Below are positions 8,447 to 18,559 of a stretch of 64,000 nucleotides of DNA, in pieces; position 1 is the stretch's first letter, and each line of letters begins with the position of its first letter. The position numbers were made by a program, and so were the translations under genes. This DNA is from an uncultured Bacteroidales bacterium (GTDB lineage: Bacteria > Bacteroidota > Bacteroidia > Bacteroidales > UBA3663), in NCBI GenBank assembly GCA_905235375.1, contig CAJOLH010000003.1, positions 85,268-149,267 of the forward strand. The letters are read 5' to 3'. Under the pieces are notes generated by a model. The model did not search any database. It worked only from the letters and a program-made list of their open reading frames with translations, and was not told the DNA's origin.

Positions 8447-10861
8447 TTATGACCCCATCGAAGGAGGTGCAGCCTCGGCAGATGTGCCTCGCTGCACGTT
8501 CGGCTCAGGTCTCATCACGACTTCAAGCACGCCACCAAGGGCGATGTCTTCGTGACGGAGGTAGTTGAGGTCGTAGGGCTTGCCGTTGAGGGTGACGCTT
8601 TGGATATAGACGTTCTGGGGCGAAGCATTTCGGACCGTCATCTTAAAGTCCTTGCCATTGGCGCCGTGGATTGTGAGCTGGTCGAAACAAGGAGAGCCTA
8701 ACGCATAATAAGGCATGCCGGGGCAAACAGGATAGAAGCCCATGGCCGAAAATACATACCATGCCGACATCTGACCTGCATCGTCATTGCCTGCCAAACC
8801 ATCGGCAGCCAGGCCATATTCGTCGTTCATGATTTGACGCACGCGCTGCTGCGTCTTCCAAGGCTGGCCCACATAGTCGTAGAGGTAGCTGATCTGATGG
8901 CAAGGCTCATTGCCGTGCCAGTAGCGTCCGCCTTCGAAGATGGTGTCCAGCTTGGCGGCAAAGGCTTCAGGACCACCCATCAGTTCGGCAAGACCAGCTA
9001 TGTCGTGAGGGACATACCATGTGTAGTGGCAGGGCTTGCCTTCGCAGATGTACTTCTGGAAACTGAACGGATCGCCATTGACCCAAGTGCCATCCTCATT
9101 GCGCCCATCGACCCAACCCAAAGCGGGATTATACACATTCTTATAATAGGCAGCACGGCGGAGCAAATCGTCGGCCACACTGTCGTGCCCCAATTCACGG
9201 GCGAAGAGCGAGAACACATAGTCGTCGTAGGCATACTCCATCGTGCGGCTGGTCTGTTCGTGCTTATGGAAAGCCTCTAATACCTCGTCCTGCACAGGGA
9301 TATAGCCATACTTGAGATAACTCGTCAAGGCGCGTCGTCCCTTGCCCTGCTCGTAGTCGGCAAAAGTGGCGGGCTGCTCGTAGGCATTCTTGCGAAGTGC
9401 CTCGTAGGCTTTGGCTACATCAAAGTTGCGAACGCCCTTGAAGTAGGCATCCACGGCCAGCGAAGCCACGTGGTCGCCTATCATCTCGGAGGTGTAACTG
9501 TTCCAGCACGGGAAGATGGGGAGCCAGCCACCATCGTCATACTTGTCGAGCAGTGACTGCACCATCTGTCCAGCTTTCTCGGGCTCGATGATACACATCA
9601 ATGGGTGCTGGGCACGATAGGTGTCCCACATCGAATAGTCCTCATAGTAAGTGCCGTCGGTGCTACGAATCTCAGTGCCACCTGCGTAGCTTGGATAGGA
9701 GCCATCGCAGTCGTTGAACTCGCGAGGCAGGAACGAGGCATGGTAGAGCGAAGTATAGAAACTGGTAAGCAACGCCCGGTCGCTGCTCTTGGCCTCGATG
9801 CGGCTCAGCGTCTGCTGCCAAGTGTCGGTCAATGTCTTCTGCAAAGCGTCGAAATCCCAGGCAGGAATCTCCTTGGCAAGATTTGCCTTGGCATGGGAAA
9901 CATCGGTGAACGAAGAGGCTGCCTTCACCAAAACCGTTTCTCCTGCCTCCACATGGAACTTCACGTAGGCACCCACTTCGTGCACTTCGGGTTCGGGCAC
10001 AAATTTGCGGTCATAGACGAGACCTTCGTTGGGGGTGTCGATGCGAGTCGTTCCCTCCAACTTGCCGTTGCAGTTATATACACCACCCTCCAAAATCTCC
10101 TTGTTCACCTTGACAACGAAATGTCCGTCGAAGCCGGCATATTCGCCCCAACCCTGATAGATGCGATGCACAGGATTCGAGCCCGTCATCTCCCCCGTCT
10201 CAGGGTCAAAGGCAACACGCCCCAAGCCCTCGTCGCTGTTGGGATTCATCACGAGATAGACATCGCCTGCCTCCCGATAGGTGAAACGGAAGATGGCCGA
10301 ACGTGGTGCCACAGTCATCTCAGCCTGTATGCCGTAGTCGGGCAGTTCCACGCTGTAATAGGCTGGCGTAGATACCTCCTTGTCGTGACTGAACTTCGAG
10401 CCACGCGCCAACGGATTGGTGATCAGTTCGCCGCCCAAAGGCATCAGGGTGAACGAACCGTAGTCCTGTGTCATGCCGCCCACAATCCAATGACTATTGC
10501 GGAAACCTTGTATCTCCTCGTCCTGATAGTAATAAGGCGAAATCTCCTTCTGCTCGGTGTCCTCGGTCTGAGCCACCCAGAAGTTCATGCCATGGGGCAC
10601 CAGCACTGCTGGAATACACTGCCCGGGATCGTGCGCCTGGTCGTAGCCTGCCATCGTTCCCTTCTTGCTCGTAGGGATGGGCTTCTGCTTGCGCTCCGTA
10701 CCCCAAAGGCTGGCAGCATCCTCACTGTAGTGCGCTCCCGTGCCGATCATCGTATCGACAAACTGCATGTAATCCTTTGACTCAGGTTGCTGAGTGCAAG
10801 ATATCAAGGCAGTCAAGCCCAAAAGCATAAGGCCATGATTCTTCAAGTTGTGTGTGTCCAT
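8447..10861 (-). CDS. GH92 alpha-mannosidase, lipoprotein
   Basis: 804-aa ORF. Signal plus Cys (LTALISC). Carries the GH92 block GNDDAGQMSAWYVFSAMGFYPVCPG. Confidence 0.9.
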   Translation of the reverse strand: MDTHNLKNHGLMLLGLTALISCTQQPESKDYMQFVDTMIGTGAHYSEDAASLWGTERKQKPIPTSKKGTMAGYDQAHDPGQCIPAVLVPHGMNFWVAQTEDTEQKEISPYYYQDEEIQGFRNSHWIVGGMTQDYGSFTLMPLGGELITNPLARGSKFSHDKEVSTPAYYSVELPDYGIQAEMTVAPRSAIFRFTYREAGDVYLVMNPNSDEGLGRVAFDPETGEMTGSNPVHRIYQGWGEYAGFDGHFVVKVNKEILEGGVYNCNGKLEGTTRIDTPNEGLVYDRKFVPEPEVHEVGAYVKFHVEAGETVLVKAASSFTDVSHAKANLAKEIPAWDFDALQKTLTDTWQQTLSRIEAKSSDRALLTSFYTSLYHASFLPREFNDCDGSYPSYAGGTEIRSTDGTYYEDYSMWDTYRAQHPLMCIIEPEKAGQMVQSLLDKYDDGGWLPIFPCWNSYTSEMIGDHVASLAVDAYFKGVRNFDVAKAYEALRKNAYEQPATFADYEQGKGRRALTSYLKYGYIPVQDEVLEAFHKHEQTSRTMEYAYDDYVFSLFARELGHDSVADDLLRRAAYYKNVYNPALGWVDGRNEDGTWVNGDPFSFQKYICEGKPCHYTWYVPHDIAGLAELMGGPEAFAAKLDTIFEGGRYWHGNEPCHQISYLYDYVGQPWKTQQRVRQIMNDEYGLAADGLAGNDDAGQMSAWYVFSAMGFYPVCPGMPYYALGSPCFDQLTIHGANGKDFKMTVRNASPQNVYIQSVTLNGKPYDLNYLRHEDIALGGVLEVVMRPEPNVQRGTSAEAAPPSMGS

Positions 10862-10890
10862 AATCTATCTATTTACGTTATTATTGAATT

Positions 10891-10928
10891 ACAAAAATGC
10901 TCCCTTGGGCAAAAAGACAGGGAGCATT
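10891..10928 (-). terminator. Rho-independent terminator after the DUF4954-like gene
   Basis: On the minus strand AATGCTCCCT...AGGGAGCATT forms a 10-bp stem followed by TTTTTG. Confidence 0.65.
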
Positions 10929-10964
10929 TATAAATGATTGAGGAAGAAGGAAAGGCTGACTGCA

Positions 10965-12554
10965 TTACAAATCAATGTTGCAGGCAACGATGTCCATTTC
11001 TCCATCTGCATCGAGTGCGGCATTCCAGGTTTCGGCAGCCGACTTGCCACCTTCAATCAGGCTCTCCTTCTCGGTGATGTCGAAGTGTGCAGCCAGCCAG
11101 TTGTACTCAAACTCAGGAAGTAGCGGGTGGAGGTCTTCGAACGACTTGCCTTCGCGCAAGGCTTCGAGCAGCTCCTTGCGTGGAACGAGCATACCGCCGT
11201 AGTCAGCCCAATCGCCAGTGCCGGCTTCTCCTGGTTCTTGTCCTAAAATGCCCAGATTCTCCAAAACCTGCAACTGCTGACCCACATACATATCGATAGC
11301 CTGCTGATAACGGTCCAACCCGCGCCTGATATGACGGGGATTGATGACGCCGCCCTGGAAATCGGTTTCACCTGTGTTCTTGAGTTTCCTGAGTATCTTC
11401 ATGCCACGCATGATATAGCCGATGCTGTAGGGATTGAAGAGCGTGAAATTGATTCTGTCACGGCGGGCACCCTCAATGTTCGAACGCTTGTCGCGCCTTG
11501 GCCACTTGTTGGCATCACGGCGTGTACCCACGCTGCCCAGATTCTGACCGGGCACGACGATGGTCTTGCCATTTCCATCTTCGGTGATGAGCGAGAAGGG
11601 AAGATCACGGAAATCCTCGTGTCCCGTATGATGACCGATGACCGTGCTGAACACACCCACCTGCATGGGCCAATAGACGTAGCTCGAACTACCCAGTTTG
11701 CAGCCACGCTGCAGTTGTCCATACTTGTTGGGGCCTGTCTTATAGGAGTGGTTGCTCTGATTGCTGACCGAACCGGCGTTGAAGAACGAGGTCATGCAGC
11801 CAATCATCAGGGTAGCCTTATGGTGACTCACGCTGTACGGGCCAGCGAAATAGGCGCAGGCCTCACCATTCTCGAAGAAACAGTTGGCGAAGAACAGCGA
11901 GTTGGCCGACGAGTAGAGGCGACCGATGTGGCATCCCTGTCCCACAAAACTGTTATCCATCTGCACGGCATCCTCCACCTTGCTGTCCGAGAGAATGATG
12001 ACATGCTCCAGAATGCAGCCGTCGCCGATGAAACTGGGAGCATCGGGAAGGCTGACGACGCTGACATCGACCAAACGCACAGCGCCAACCACCTTCGTAT
12101 TGGGGCCCAGATGAACATCCTTGATTTCGCGCACATCGCTCACGAAGCAACCTGCTTCAATGATGCTTCCGTCCGACCGAATGCCAGCAGCATACTTGCG
12201 AGCCTTCTCGTGCAGCTTAGCCACAAGTTCAGGTTCCTTGCGTGCCTCAATCACCTCAAAGGCAGCCTCCATCGAGGTCAAGCCGTCGTAGAGAACCACC
12301 TCAAGGCCACCATCTTCCTTCAGCACGCTGACCTCTATGCCATTGGCGAAGGTGGTATCGCCGCTTGTGCCAAGATTGCGTATATTGTCGAGGGTCACGT
12401 TCGTCCCCAAATAGACCTTTCCAGTGAAACGGACATTGCTTACCTGCGAAACGATGAACGGATCGGCAACCTGGATGTCAGCCCAATCCTTTGCGGCACA
12501 GCCCTGCTCCTGCAAGGCCTTGATTTCCGAAGTAGTTAGTGAACGGTAGTTCAT
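10965..12554 (-). CDS. DUF4954-like left-handed beta-helix protein (529 aa)
   Basis: The start was moved to MNYRSLTTSEIKALQEQGC, because the longer ORF runs into the promoter region. The sequence has a repetitive hexapeptide-like character. The family call is from memory of conserved Bacteroidota proteins. Confidence 0.65.
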   Translation of the reverse strand: MNYRSLTTSEIKALQEQGCAAKDWADIQVADPFIVSQVSNVRFTGKVYLGTNVTLDNIRNLGTSGDTTFANGIEVSVLKEDGGLEVVLYDGLTSMEAAFEVIEARKEPELVAKLHEKARKYAAGIRSDGSIIEAGCFVSDVREIKDVHLGPNTKVVGAVRLVDVSVVSLPDAPSFIGDGCILEHVIILSDSKVEDAVQMDNSFVGQGCHIGRLYSSANSLFFANCFFENGEACAYFAGPYSVSHHKATLMIGCMTSFFNAGSVSNQSNHSYKTGPNKYGQLQRGCKLGSSSYVYWPMQVGVFSTVIGHHTGHEDFRDLPFSLITEDGNGKTIVVPGQNLGSVGTRRDANKWPRRDKRSNIEGARRDRINFTLFNPYSIGYIMRGMKILRKLKNTGETDFQGGVINPRHIRRGLDRYQQAIDMYVGQQLQVLENLGILGQEPGEAGTGDWADYGGMLVPRKELLEALREGKSFEDLHPLLPEFEYNWLAAHFDITEKESLIEGGKSAAETWNAALDADGEMDIVACNIDL

Positions 12555-12597
12555 AGAGATATAAATATGGAAGATCAATAATTTATAAAATGACGCG

Positions 12598-12605
12598 CAA
12601 AGATA
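12598..12605 (-). promoter_or_regulatory. Bacteroidota -7 box (TATCTTTG on the minus strand) for the DUF4954-like gene
   Basis: CAAAGATA on the plus strand, 44 nt upstream of the ATG at 12554. Matches the TAnnTTTG consensus. Confidence 0.5.
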
Positions 12606-12741
12606 GAGATTCAAATGAAAAAAGCAAAATTTTTGGGCAATTTTCTGCAATTTTGCACCTAATCCTGATCATTTTATGCCAAATTTGCATTTTAGTCTTC
12701 ATATTTTTGTGCATTTTCTTGCACTTTTCCCCAAAAGACAA

Positions 12742-12749
12742 TACCTTTG
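12742..12749 (+). promoter_or_regulatory. Bacteroidota -7 box (TACCTTTG) for nnrD
   Basis: TAnnTTTG match 26 nt upstream of the ATG at 12775. Confidence 0.5.
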
Positions 12750-12774
12750 CACCAATCATAAAAAACAGAACGAC

Positions 12775-13638
12775 ATGACAAGAGTAATCACCGAAGAATA
12801 CCTGAGCCAACTGCTTCACCCACGCGAGCCTTTCAGCCACAAGAACAATTTTGGCAATGCACTGCTTGTCGCCGGCAGTCGCGGCATGATGGGTGCTGCG
12901 CTGCTTGCTGCCAGGGCATGTATGCGCAGTGGCGTAGGGTTGCTCACGGTGCGCACTCCCCGTTGCGGTTATGAAATCATGCAGTTGGGCTTACCCGAAG
13001 CAAAGTGCGAGACCGACAACCGCACCGACTATCACACCCACATCGAGTGGCGTAGCGGCATCGACGCCGTGGCTATTGGTCCCGGGTTGGGTCTGCAAGA
13101 AGAGACACAGGAGGCTCTTGTCGAACTGCTGCATCGCGGACTGTCAACGCCAGGAATGCCCGACACTGCCCTCATCCTCGATGCTGATGCGCTCAACATC
13201 CTTTCCCTCCATCCGCAGCTCTTGGACAAATTGCCCAAGGATACCATCCTCACGCCTCATCCCGGCGAAGCCAAGCGTCTGCTGAATGCCACAGGATGCG
13301 GCAACTGTCTGGTTATGGCCATGAAATATGGTGTAGTAGTTATCCTCAAGGATCATTACACCAACATCCATCTGCCCGATGGCAACGTATTTCGAAATGA
13401 GAACTTCGGCAATGCCGGCATGGCTGTCGGTGGTTCGGGCGACACATTGACAGGCATTCTTCTGGGTCTGCGCGCTCAAGGCTACACGACGCAGGATGCC
13501 TCCATCCTCGGCGTCTGCCTGCACGCCATAGCCGCCGACCTCGCCATCGAACGTGGAGGACAAAGCGAAGAATCACTCCTCCCCTCCGACATCACACATT
13601 GGCTCGGCGCCGCCTTCAAGGAACTATCTCCCTCTTAA
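12775..13638 (+). CDS. nnrD: ADP-dependent NAD(P)H-hydrate dehydratase (YjeF C-terminal type)
   Basis: SHKNNFGNALLVAGSRGMMGAALLAARACMRSGVG and a C-terminal GGSGDTLTG motif typical of the carbohydrate-kinase-fold NnrD. The start is set at MTRVITEE. Confidence 0.85.
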   Translation: MTRVITEEYLSQLLHPREPFSHKNNFGNALLVAGSRGMMGAALLAARACMRSGVGLLTVRTPRCGYEIMQLGLPEAKCETDNRTDYHTHIEWRSGIDAVAIGPGLGLQEETQEALVELLHRGLSTPGMPDTALILDADALNILSLHPQLLDKLPKDTILTPHPGEAKRLLNATGCGNCLVMAMKYGVVVILKDHYTNIHLPDGNVFRNENFGNAGMAVGGSGDTLTGILLGLRAQGYTTQDASILGVCLHAIAADLAIERGGQSEESLLPSDITHWLGAAFKELSPS

Positions 13639-13642
13639 CTCC

Positions 13643-15013
13643 TCAAACTCCCTTAACTCTTCTCAGCCTCCTCAGCTCACGCACCAGAAAGACGGCAGCC
13701 AGCATGAACGAAACGGCATCGCTGATGGGGAATGACCACCACACGCCATAGACACCCATTAGATGGGGAAGAATAATCAACATGGGCAGCAGGAACAGCA
13801 GCTGACGCGAGGTGCTGAGCAGAATGGCTATGCCTGCCCTGCGACTTGACTGGAAGAACGACATGGACATCATCTGCGGCCCCACGAGCGGGAACATACA
13901 CATGATGATGCGAAGCGCTGGAATACATTTCGACACCATGTCGGCATCGGTGGTGAAGAGCGAGGCAAGATGTTCGGGGAAGAGGTACACCAGCAGATAG
14001 CCCACTGTCATCACGGTAGTGGCACACGTTAAGGCAAACATCATGACTCCACGCACTCGACCATAGAGCTTTGCTCCGATGTTGAAGCCAACGATAGGCT
14101 GCAGCCCCTGTCCAAAGCCCATCACCATCATGACAATGAGCATCGATACGCGATTCACAATACCATAGACTCCTACATACATATCGCCATCGGCTCCACC
14201 GTATGAGATCAGCGAACGGTTGATGATGATCACAATCAGACAGTTGCAGAGATTGACACAAAAAGGTGAAAGGCCAATGGCAAGTATCTCACGGATGATG
14301 TCAATGCGCACCTTCAATCCGATACGGGCGAAATGCACAAAGTTGGTCTTGTCGAGGAAGAAACGGAACTCAAAAATCCAGGCACATACTTGTCCCAACA
14401 CGGTGGCAAAAGCCGCACCACGCATCCCCCATCCGAAACCGAAGATGAACAAGGCATCCAGGATGATGTTCATCACCACGGCAATAAGCTGGGCAGTCAT
14501 GGCCTTACGAGGATGACCTGTGGCTCGCAGTTGGTCGTTCATGCCCAGGAAGGTGTGGGTGATGATGTTGCCGGCAAGGATAATCTGCATATAATCATGC
14601 GCGTAGGGCAGTGTGGCTTCGCTGGCACCAAAGAGCCTCAGGATGGTGTCGAGAAACAACAAGCCAAGAACAGTAATCATCAAACCGATGGTGATGTCGA
14701 GGCGAAGCATATTGCCGAAAATCATCAGTGCACGTTGCTGGTTGCCCTCTCCCATCTTCACCGAAGTCTGTGCCGCCGAACCCACACCCAACATCGCACC
14801 AAACGCTCCGGAAATGTTCATCAATGGGAAAGTGATGGCAAGACCCGCTATGGCAAGCGGACCCGCTCCTCGCCCGATGAAGATGGAGTCGCAAAGGTGA
14901 TAGATCGAACTTGCCGACATCGCAATGATGCTCGGCGTCGCAAATTGTATCAGCAGTCGCCCAACGGGTTTGTTTGCCAGTTGGCGTTGTCTTTCGTCTT
15001 TATATTCTATCAT
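13643..15013 (-). CDS. MATE family efflux transporter
   Basis: 456-aa protein with 12 predicted TM segments. The N-terminus (PVGRLLIQFATPSIIAMSASSIYHLCDSIFIGRG) is typical of the MATE/NorM family. Confidence 0.85.
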   Translation of the reverse strand: MIEYKDERQRQLANKPVGRLLIQFATPSIIAMSASSIYHLCDSIFIGRGAGPLAIAGLAITFPLMNISGAFGAMLGVGSAAQTSVKMGEGNQQRALMIFGNMLRLDITIGLMITVLGLLFLDTILRLFGASEATLPYAHDYMQIILAGNIITHTFLGMNDQLRATGHPRKAMTAQLIAVVMNIILDALFIFGFGWGMRGAAFATVLGQVCAWIFEFRFFLDKTNFVHFARIGLKVRIDIIREILAIGLSPFCVNLCNCLIVIIINRSLISYGGADGDMYVGVYGIVNRVSMLIVMMVMGFGQGLQPIVGFNIGAKLYGRVRGVMMFALTCATTVMTVGYLLVYLFPEHLASLFTTDADMVSKCIPALRIIMCMFPLVGPQMMSMSFFQSSRRAGIAILLSTSRQLLFLLPMLIILPHLMGVYGVWWSFPISDAVSFMLAAVFLVRELRRLRRVKGV

Positions 15014-15133
15014 ACATATTTATATATATCACTTTCCTGTTCCCGAGGTTTTCGAATAACATTACATCCAAAATGACGTTGCAAAGATAATTATTTTTTG
15101 ACGAATTTTCGTTTATTTTCGCTAAAAAAATAG

Positions 15134-15169
15134 TTTTTTTTCTTTTTTTTGCTTTTTTTTCGCAAAAAA
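15134..15169. promoter_or_regulatory. Three phased T8 tracts plus an A6 tract upstream of the susC promoter (possible UP-like or bent DNA)
   Basis: T8 runs at 15134-15141, 15143-15150 and 15153-15160, then A6 at 15164-15169. Spacing is 9-10 bp. Confidence 0.4.
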
Positions 15170-15193
15170 TTTGGTTTTGACTTTTCAATTCCT

Positions 15194-15201
15194 TATCTTT
15201 G
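15194..15201 (+). promoter_or_regulatory. Bacteroidota -7 box (TATCTTTG) for the susC-like operon
   Basis: Perfect TAnnTTTG match, 96 nt upstream of the susC-like ATG. Confidence 0.55.
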
Positions 15202-15296
15202 CAGCGGATTAAGTATAAAATAACTTGATGCCGTACATTGTTAAACACAATCAACAGAGGCCCATCTTTTAACCAAATAAATAAAAACACTCTAAC

Positions 15297-18200
15297 ATGT
15301 TCAACAACCAGCGCATTTGTACGCCTTTTGTTCGAATTCTTGCCATTCTGTTCACGATTATGTGGAGCGGGAGCATGTTGTTCGGGCAAACTCGAACTGT
15401 GACCGGTCAGGTAATCGACCAGGCCACCGGTGAACCCGTCATCGGTGCCAATGTCCTCGTCAAAGGCACAACGACAGGCACCATCACCGATCTCGATGGC
15501 AACTTCTCGATCTCCGGCGTGACCGACAAGTCGGTGCTCCACGTCAGTTTCGTGGGATACACAGCCGAAGACGTACCCGTCAAGGGAAATACCCAGCTGA
15601 ATATCGTCATACGCGAAGATAACGACCTGCTTGAAGAAGTGGTGGTGGTAGGTTACGGTGTGCAGAAGAAACGCGACCTCACCGGTGCCATATCGAGCGT
15701 CAAGTCTGACGAAATCAAGGTGGCACCTGTAATGAATGCCATGGAAGGCCTGCAAGGCAAGATTGCAGGTCTCGACATCACCCGCGAGTCGGGTCAGGCT
15801 GGTCAGTCGCCCACCCTCCTGCTGCGTGGTAACCGTTCGCTCGACGGCTCAAATGCACCACTCTTCGTCATCGACGGCGTGAGCGGTGGCTCCATCGCCA
15901 ACCTTAACCCCAACGACATCGAGAGCATCGAGGTCCTCAAGGATGCCTCCTCGACCGCCATCTACGGTTCGGCAGGTGCCAATGGTGTCATCATCGTCAC
16001 CACCAAGCAGGGCACCAAGGGCAAGGTCAGCGTCGATTTCAATGCCTATATGGGCCTCAACTGCCTACCCGCCTATCCCGAAACCTACACAGGCGAGGAT
16101 TGGATCAACTACATGGCTACCGGATACGAAGGCTACTTCGGCAAGTCGGTATGGAACGAATACCCCAACCGCACCGATGCACTGTCCCGCCTTTTCAACG
16201 AATTCGGCATCTCGCAGGCTGGCATCGACTGCTACAATCAGGGTAAGTTCATCAACTGGAAGGACGAAATCCTGAAGACCGGCGTGCAGCAAAACTACTC
16301 TCTCTCTGTACGCGGCGGCAACGACAAGACGCAATCCTATGCCAGCTTCGGCTGGCAGAACGAGGAGGGCATGTACCGCAACGACAATTTCAAGCAACTC
16401 ACTTTCCGTGCCGGAACCAATTTCGAGGCCAACCGCTACATCACGATTGGTTTTCAGTCGTCCATTTCCTACACCGACCGCAACCGCCGCAACTCCCGTC
16501 TGTCGAAGACGCTGAATGAGGTGCCCCTCGGTGAAGTATATGAGGCTGACGGAACACTCAAATGGTATCCCACCGGCTCAAGTGACGACTACGTCAACAT
16601 CATGGCCGATGATATTCCCGGACAGTATGAGAACACCGTCCGCGCCACACGCTTCAACGTCACACCATTCGTCGAAATACGTCCCCTCAAAGGCCTTTCC
16701 TTCAAGTCGCTCGTCAATACCAGTGTCTCCACTTCTCGTGCTGGCAACTTTGACGGTCTTTATACCTACTACAAACTCACCGGTTCGAGCCAGGATGTCG
16801 GTGTCCGAACCGCCAGCATCAGTCACAACGACGGATGGTCTATCCAGTGGCAGAACATCCTCAATTATAACTTCAAGATCGGAAAGATTCATGACATCAC
16901 GGCTACAGGCATCATTGAGTACAACCGTTCGCACAGCGAATACGACTACGCCTACAACCGTGGCTTCGACTACGACAGCTATACATTCTACAACCTCAAT
17001 GCTGGTCTGCAGCCCTCAGTGGATTCGAACTACACCTTGACCAAGATGCTCTCCTACGCTGCCCGCCTCAACTATAGCCTCTTTGGCCGCTATCTCTTCA
17101 GCGCCACCATGCGCTGGGACGGTGCCTCGCAGCTTTACGACCAGTGGGACTCTTTCCCCTCTGCATCCATCGGATGGCGCATCAGCGATGAACCGTGGAT
17201 GGAATCCACTGCCGACTGGCTCGACAATCTCAAGCTTCGTGCAGGTTACGGCGTGACGGGCAACTCCAACATTCCGGCCTATTCGTCGAAGACACTCGTC
17301 GAGTCGTCCGCCAACTCACTCAATCTGGGTGGCGGTCAGGTGCAGAGCTACATTCTCACACAATCCGTTGCCAACTACAATCTGGGCTGGGAGAAGTCCT
17401 ACAACTTTAACCTGGGTCTCGACTTCTCCATCTTCAAGGGCCGTCTCGATGCCAGCATCGATTATTATAACACCGACACCAAGGGTGTGCTCTACAAGCG
17501 CCAGCTCCCCACGGCTTATGGTCTCTACAATGCCAAAAATCCATACACGATGATGTCCAATGTCGCACGCATCAAGAACGATGGCATCGAAATCTCGCTC
17601 AACACGCGCAACATCGTTACTCGTGACTTCACATGGACTTCCACCATCACCTTTGCGAAGAACAACGAACGGCTCACCAACATCGATCTGGGTAACGGCA
17701 CCTCCGTCGATGAACTCATCTCACTGGGTCTCTTCCTCGACAATCCTGTCAACACATATTATAATTATAAGAAGAATGGCATTTGGCAAAGCGGACAGGA
17801 AGATCAGGCTGCCTGCTTCGGCCTGCTTCCCGGACAAGTCAACATCGCCACCGACTCAAGCCTCAAGTGGGATCCTTCCTACCAATATACCGGTTATGTG
17901 AGCGACCGAATCACCAACCAATACACGGCTGTCGAGCGTCACGGTGCCTACTACATCGAGAATGAAGACGGTACCCGCACCTATTATCGCCAAGGCACCC
18001 CGCAGACCGAGGCGGATGGCAGTGTCACCATCGTCGATGAGAACCTCTACACCATCGGTGCCAACGACAAGGCCATCCTCGGCCACAAGACTCCCGACTT
18101 CACCATCGGCTGGACCAACAACTTTAAATATAAATGGTTCGACCTCTCCATCATGACTGTAATGCGCTGGGGACAGATGGTCAACGGCGACCTGCTTGGC

Positions 18201-18545
18201 TATGTCAGCGAAGTCAACCAGCCTACCGACTTCGATTATTGGACACCTACCAACCCGACCAACGCCTTCCCGTTGGCTAAGCTCGGCGTGAGCAACGAAG
18301 CCAAGACTGCGCTCACCTTCGTCGATGGCTCGTTCGTCAAGATCAAGAACATCACCGTGGGTTACACCGTACCCGTCAAGCTGCTTCGCAAAGCCCACAT
18401 GAGCCAGCTCCGTATCTACGGCACCGTACAGAACCCATTCATCTTCTGCAAGGACGATATGCTCAAGGGTCTCGATCCCGAAAACACCTCGTCTTCATTC
18501 CCGCTCTACAAGACCTTCGTATTTGGTATTAATGCTTCCTTCTAA
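15297..18545 (+). CDS. susC: SusC/RagA-family TonB-dependent outer-membrane transporter
   Basis: 1082 aa. N-terminal carboxypeptidase-regulatory-like domain (VTGQVIDQATGEPVIGANVLVKGTTTGTITDLDGNFSI), plug region, and a C-terminal beta-barrel ending in F. Confidence 0.92.
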   Translation: MFNNQRICTPFVRILAILFTIMWSGSMLFGQTRTVTGQVIDQATGEPVIGANVLVKGTTTGTITDLDGNFSISGVTDKSVLHVSFVGYTAEDVPVKGNTQLNIVIREDNDLLEEVVVVGYGVQKKRDLTGAISSVKSDEIKVAPVMNAMEGLQGKIAGLDITRESGQAGQSPTLLLRGNRSLDGSNAPLFVIDGVSGGSIANLNPNDIESIEVLKDASSTAIYGSAGANGVIIVTTKQGTKGKVSVDFNAYMGLNCLPAYPETYTGEDWINYMATGYEGYFGKSVWNEYPNRTDALSRLFNEFGISQAGIDCYNQGKFINWKDEILKTGVQQNYSLSVRGGNDKTQSYASFGWQNEEGMYRNDNFKQLTFRAGTNFEANRYITIGFQSSISYTDRNRRNSRLSKTLNEVPLGEVYEADGTLKWYPTGSSDDYVNIMADDIPGQYENTVRATRFNVTPFVEIRPLKGLSFKSLVNTSVSTSRAGNFDGLYTYYKLTGSSQDVGVRTASISHNDGWSIQWQNILNYNFKIGKIHDITATGIIEYNRSHSEYDYAYNRGFDYDSYTFYNLNAGLQPSVDSNYTLTKMLSYAARLNYSLFGRYLFSATMRWDGASQLYDQWDSFPSASIGWRISDEPWMESTADWLDNLKLRAGYGVTGNSNIPAYSSKTLVESSANSLNLGGGQVQSYILTQSVANYNLGWEKSYNFNLGLDFSIFKGRLDASIDYYNTDTKGVLYKRQLPTAYGLYNAKNPYTMMSNVARIKNDGIEISLNTRNIVTRDFTWTSTITFAKNNERLTNIDLGNGTSVDELISLGLFLDNPVNTYYNYKKNGIWQSGQEDQAACFGLLPGQVNIATDSSLKWDPSYQYTGYVSDRITNQYTAVERHGAYYIENEDGTRTYYRQGTPQTEADGSVTIVDENLYTIGANDKAILGHKTPDFTIGWTNNFKYKWFDLSIMTVMRWGQMVNGDLLGYVSEVNQPTDFDYWTPTNPTNAFPLAKLGVSNEAKTALTFVDGSFVKIKNITVGYTVPVKLLRKAHMSQLRIYGTVQNPFIFCKDDMLKGLDPENTSSSFPLYKTFVFGINASF

Positions 18546-18559
18546 ATCGTCAGACGTTT

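Noticed and set aside
13636-13680. The sequence CTCCTCAAACTCCCTTAACTC at the nnrD/MATE junction, which resembles the YYTCAAACC microsatellite
   Set aside because: Only one or two degenerate units are present. The region is fully explained as the C-terminal codons (..ELRRLRRVKGV) of the MATE gene, and the resemblance may be chance.
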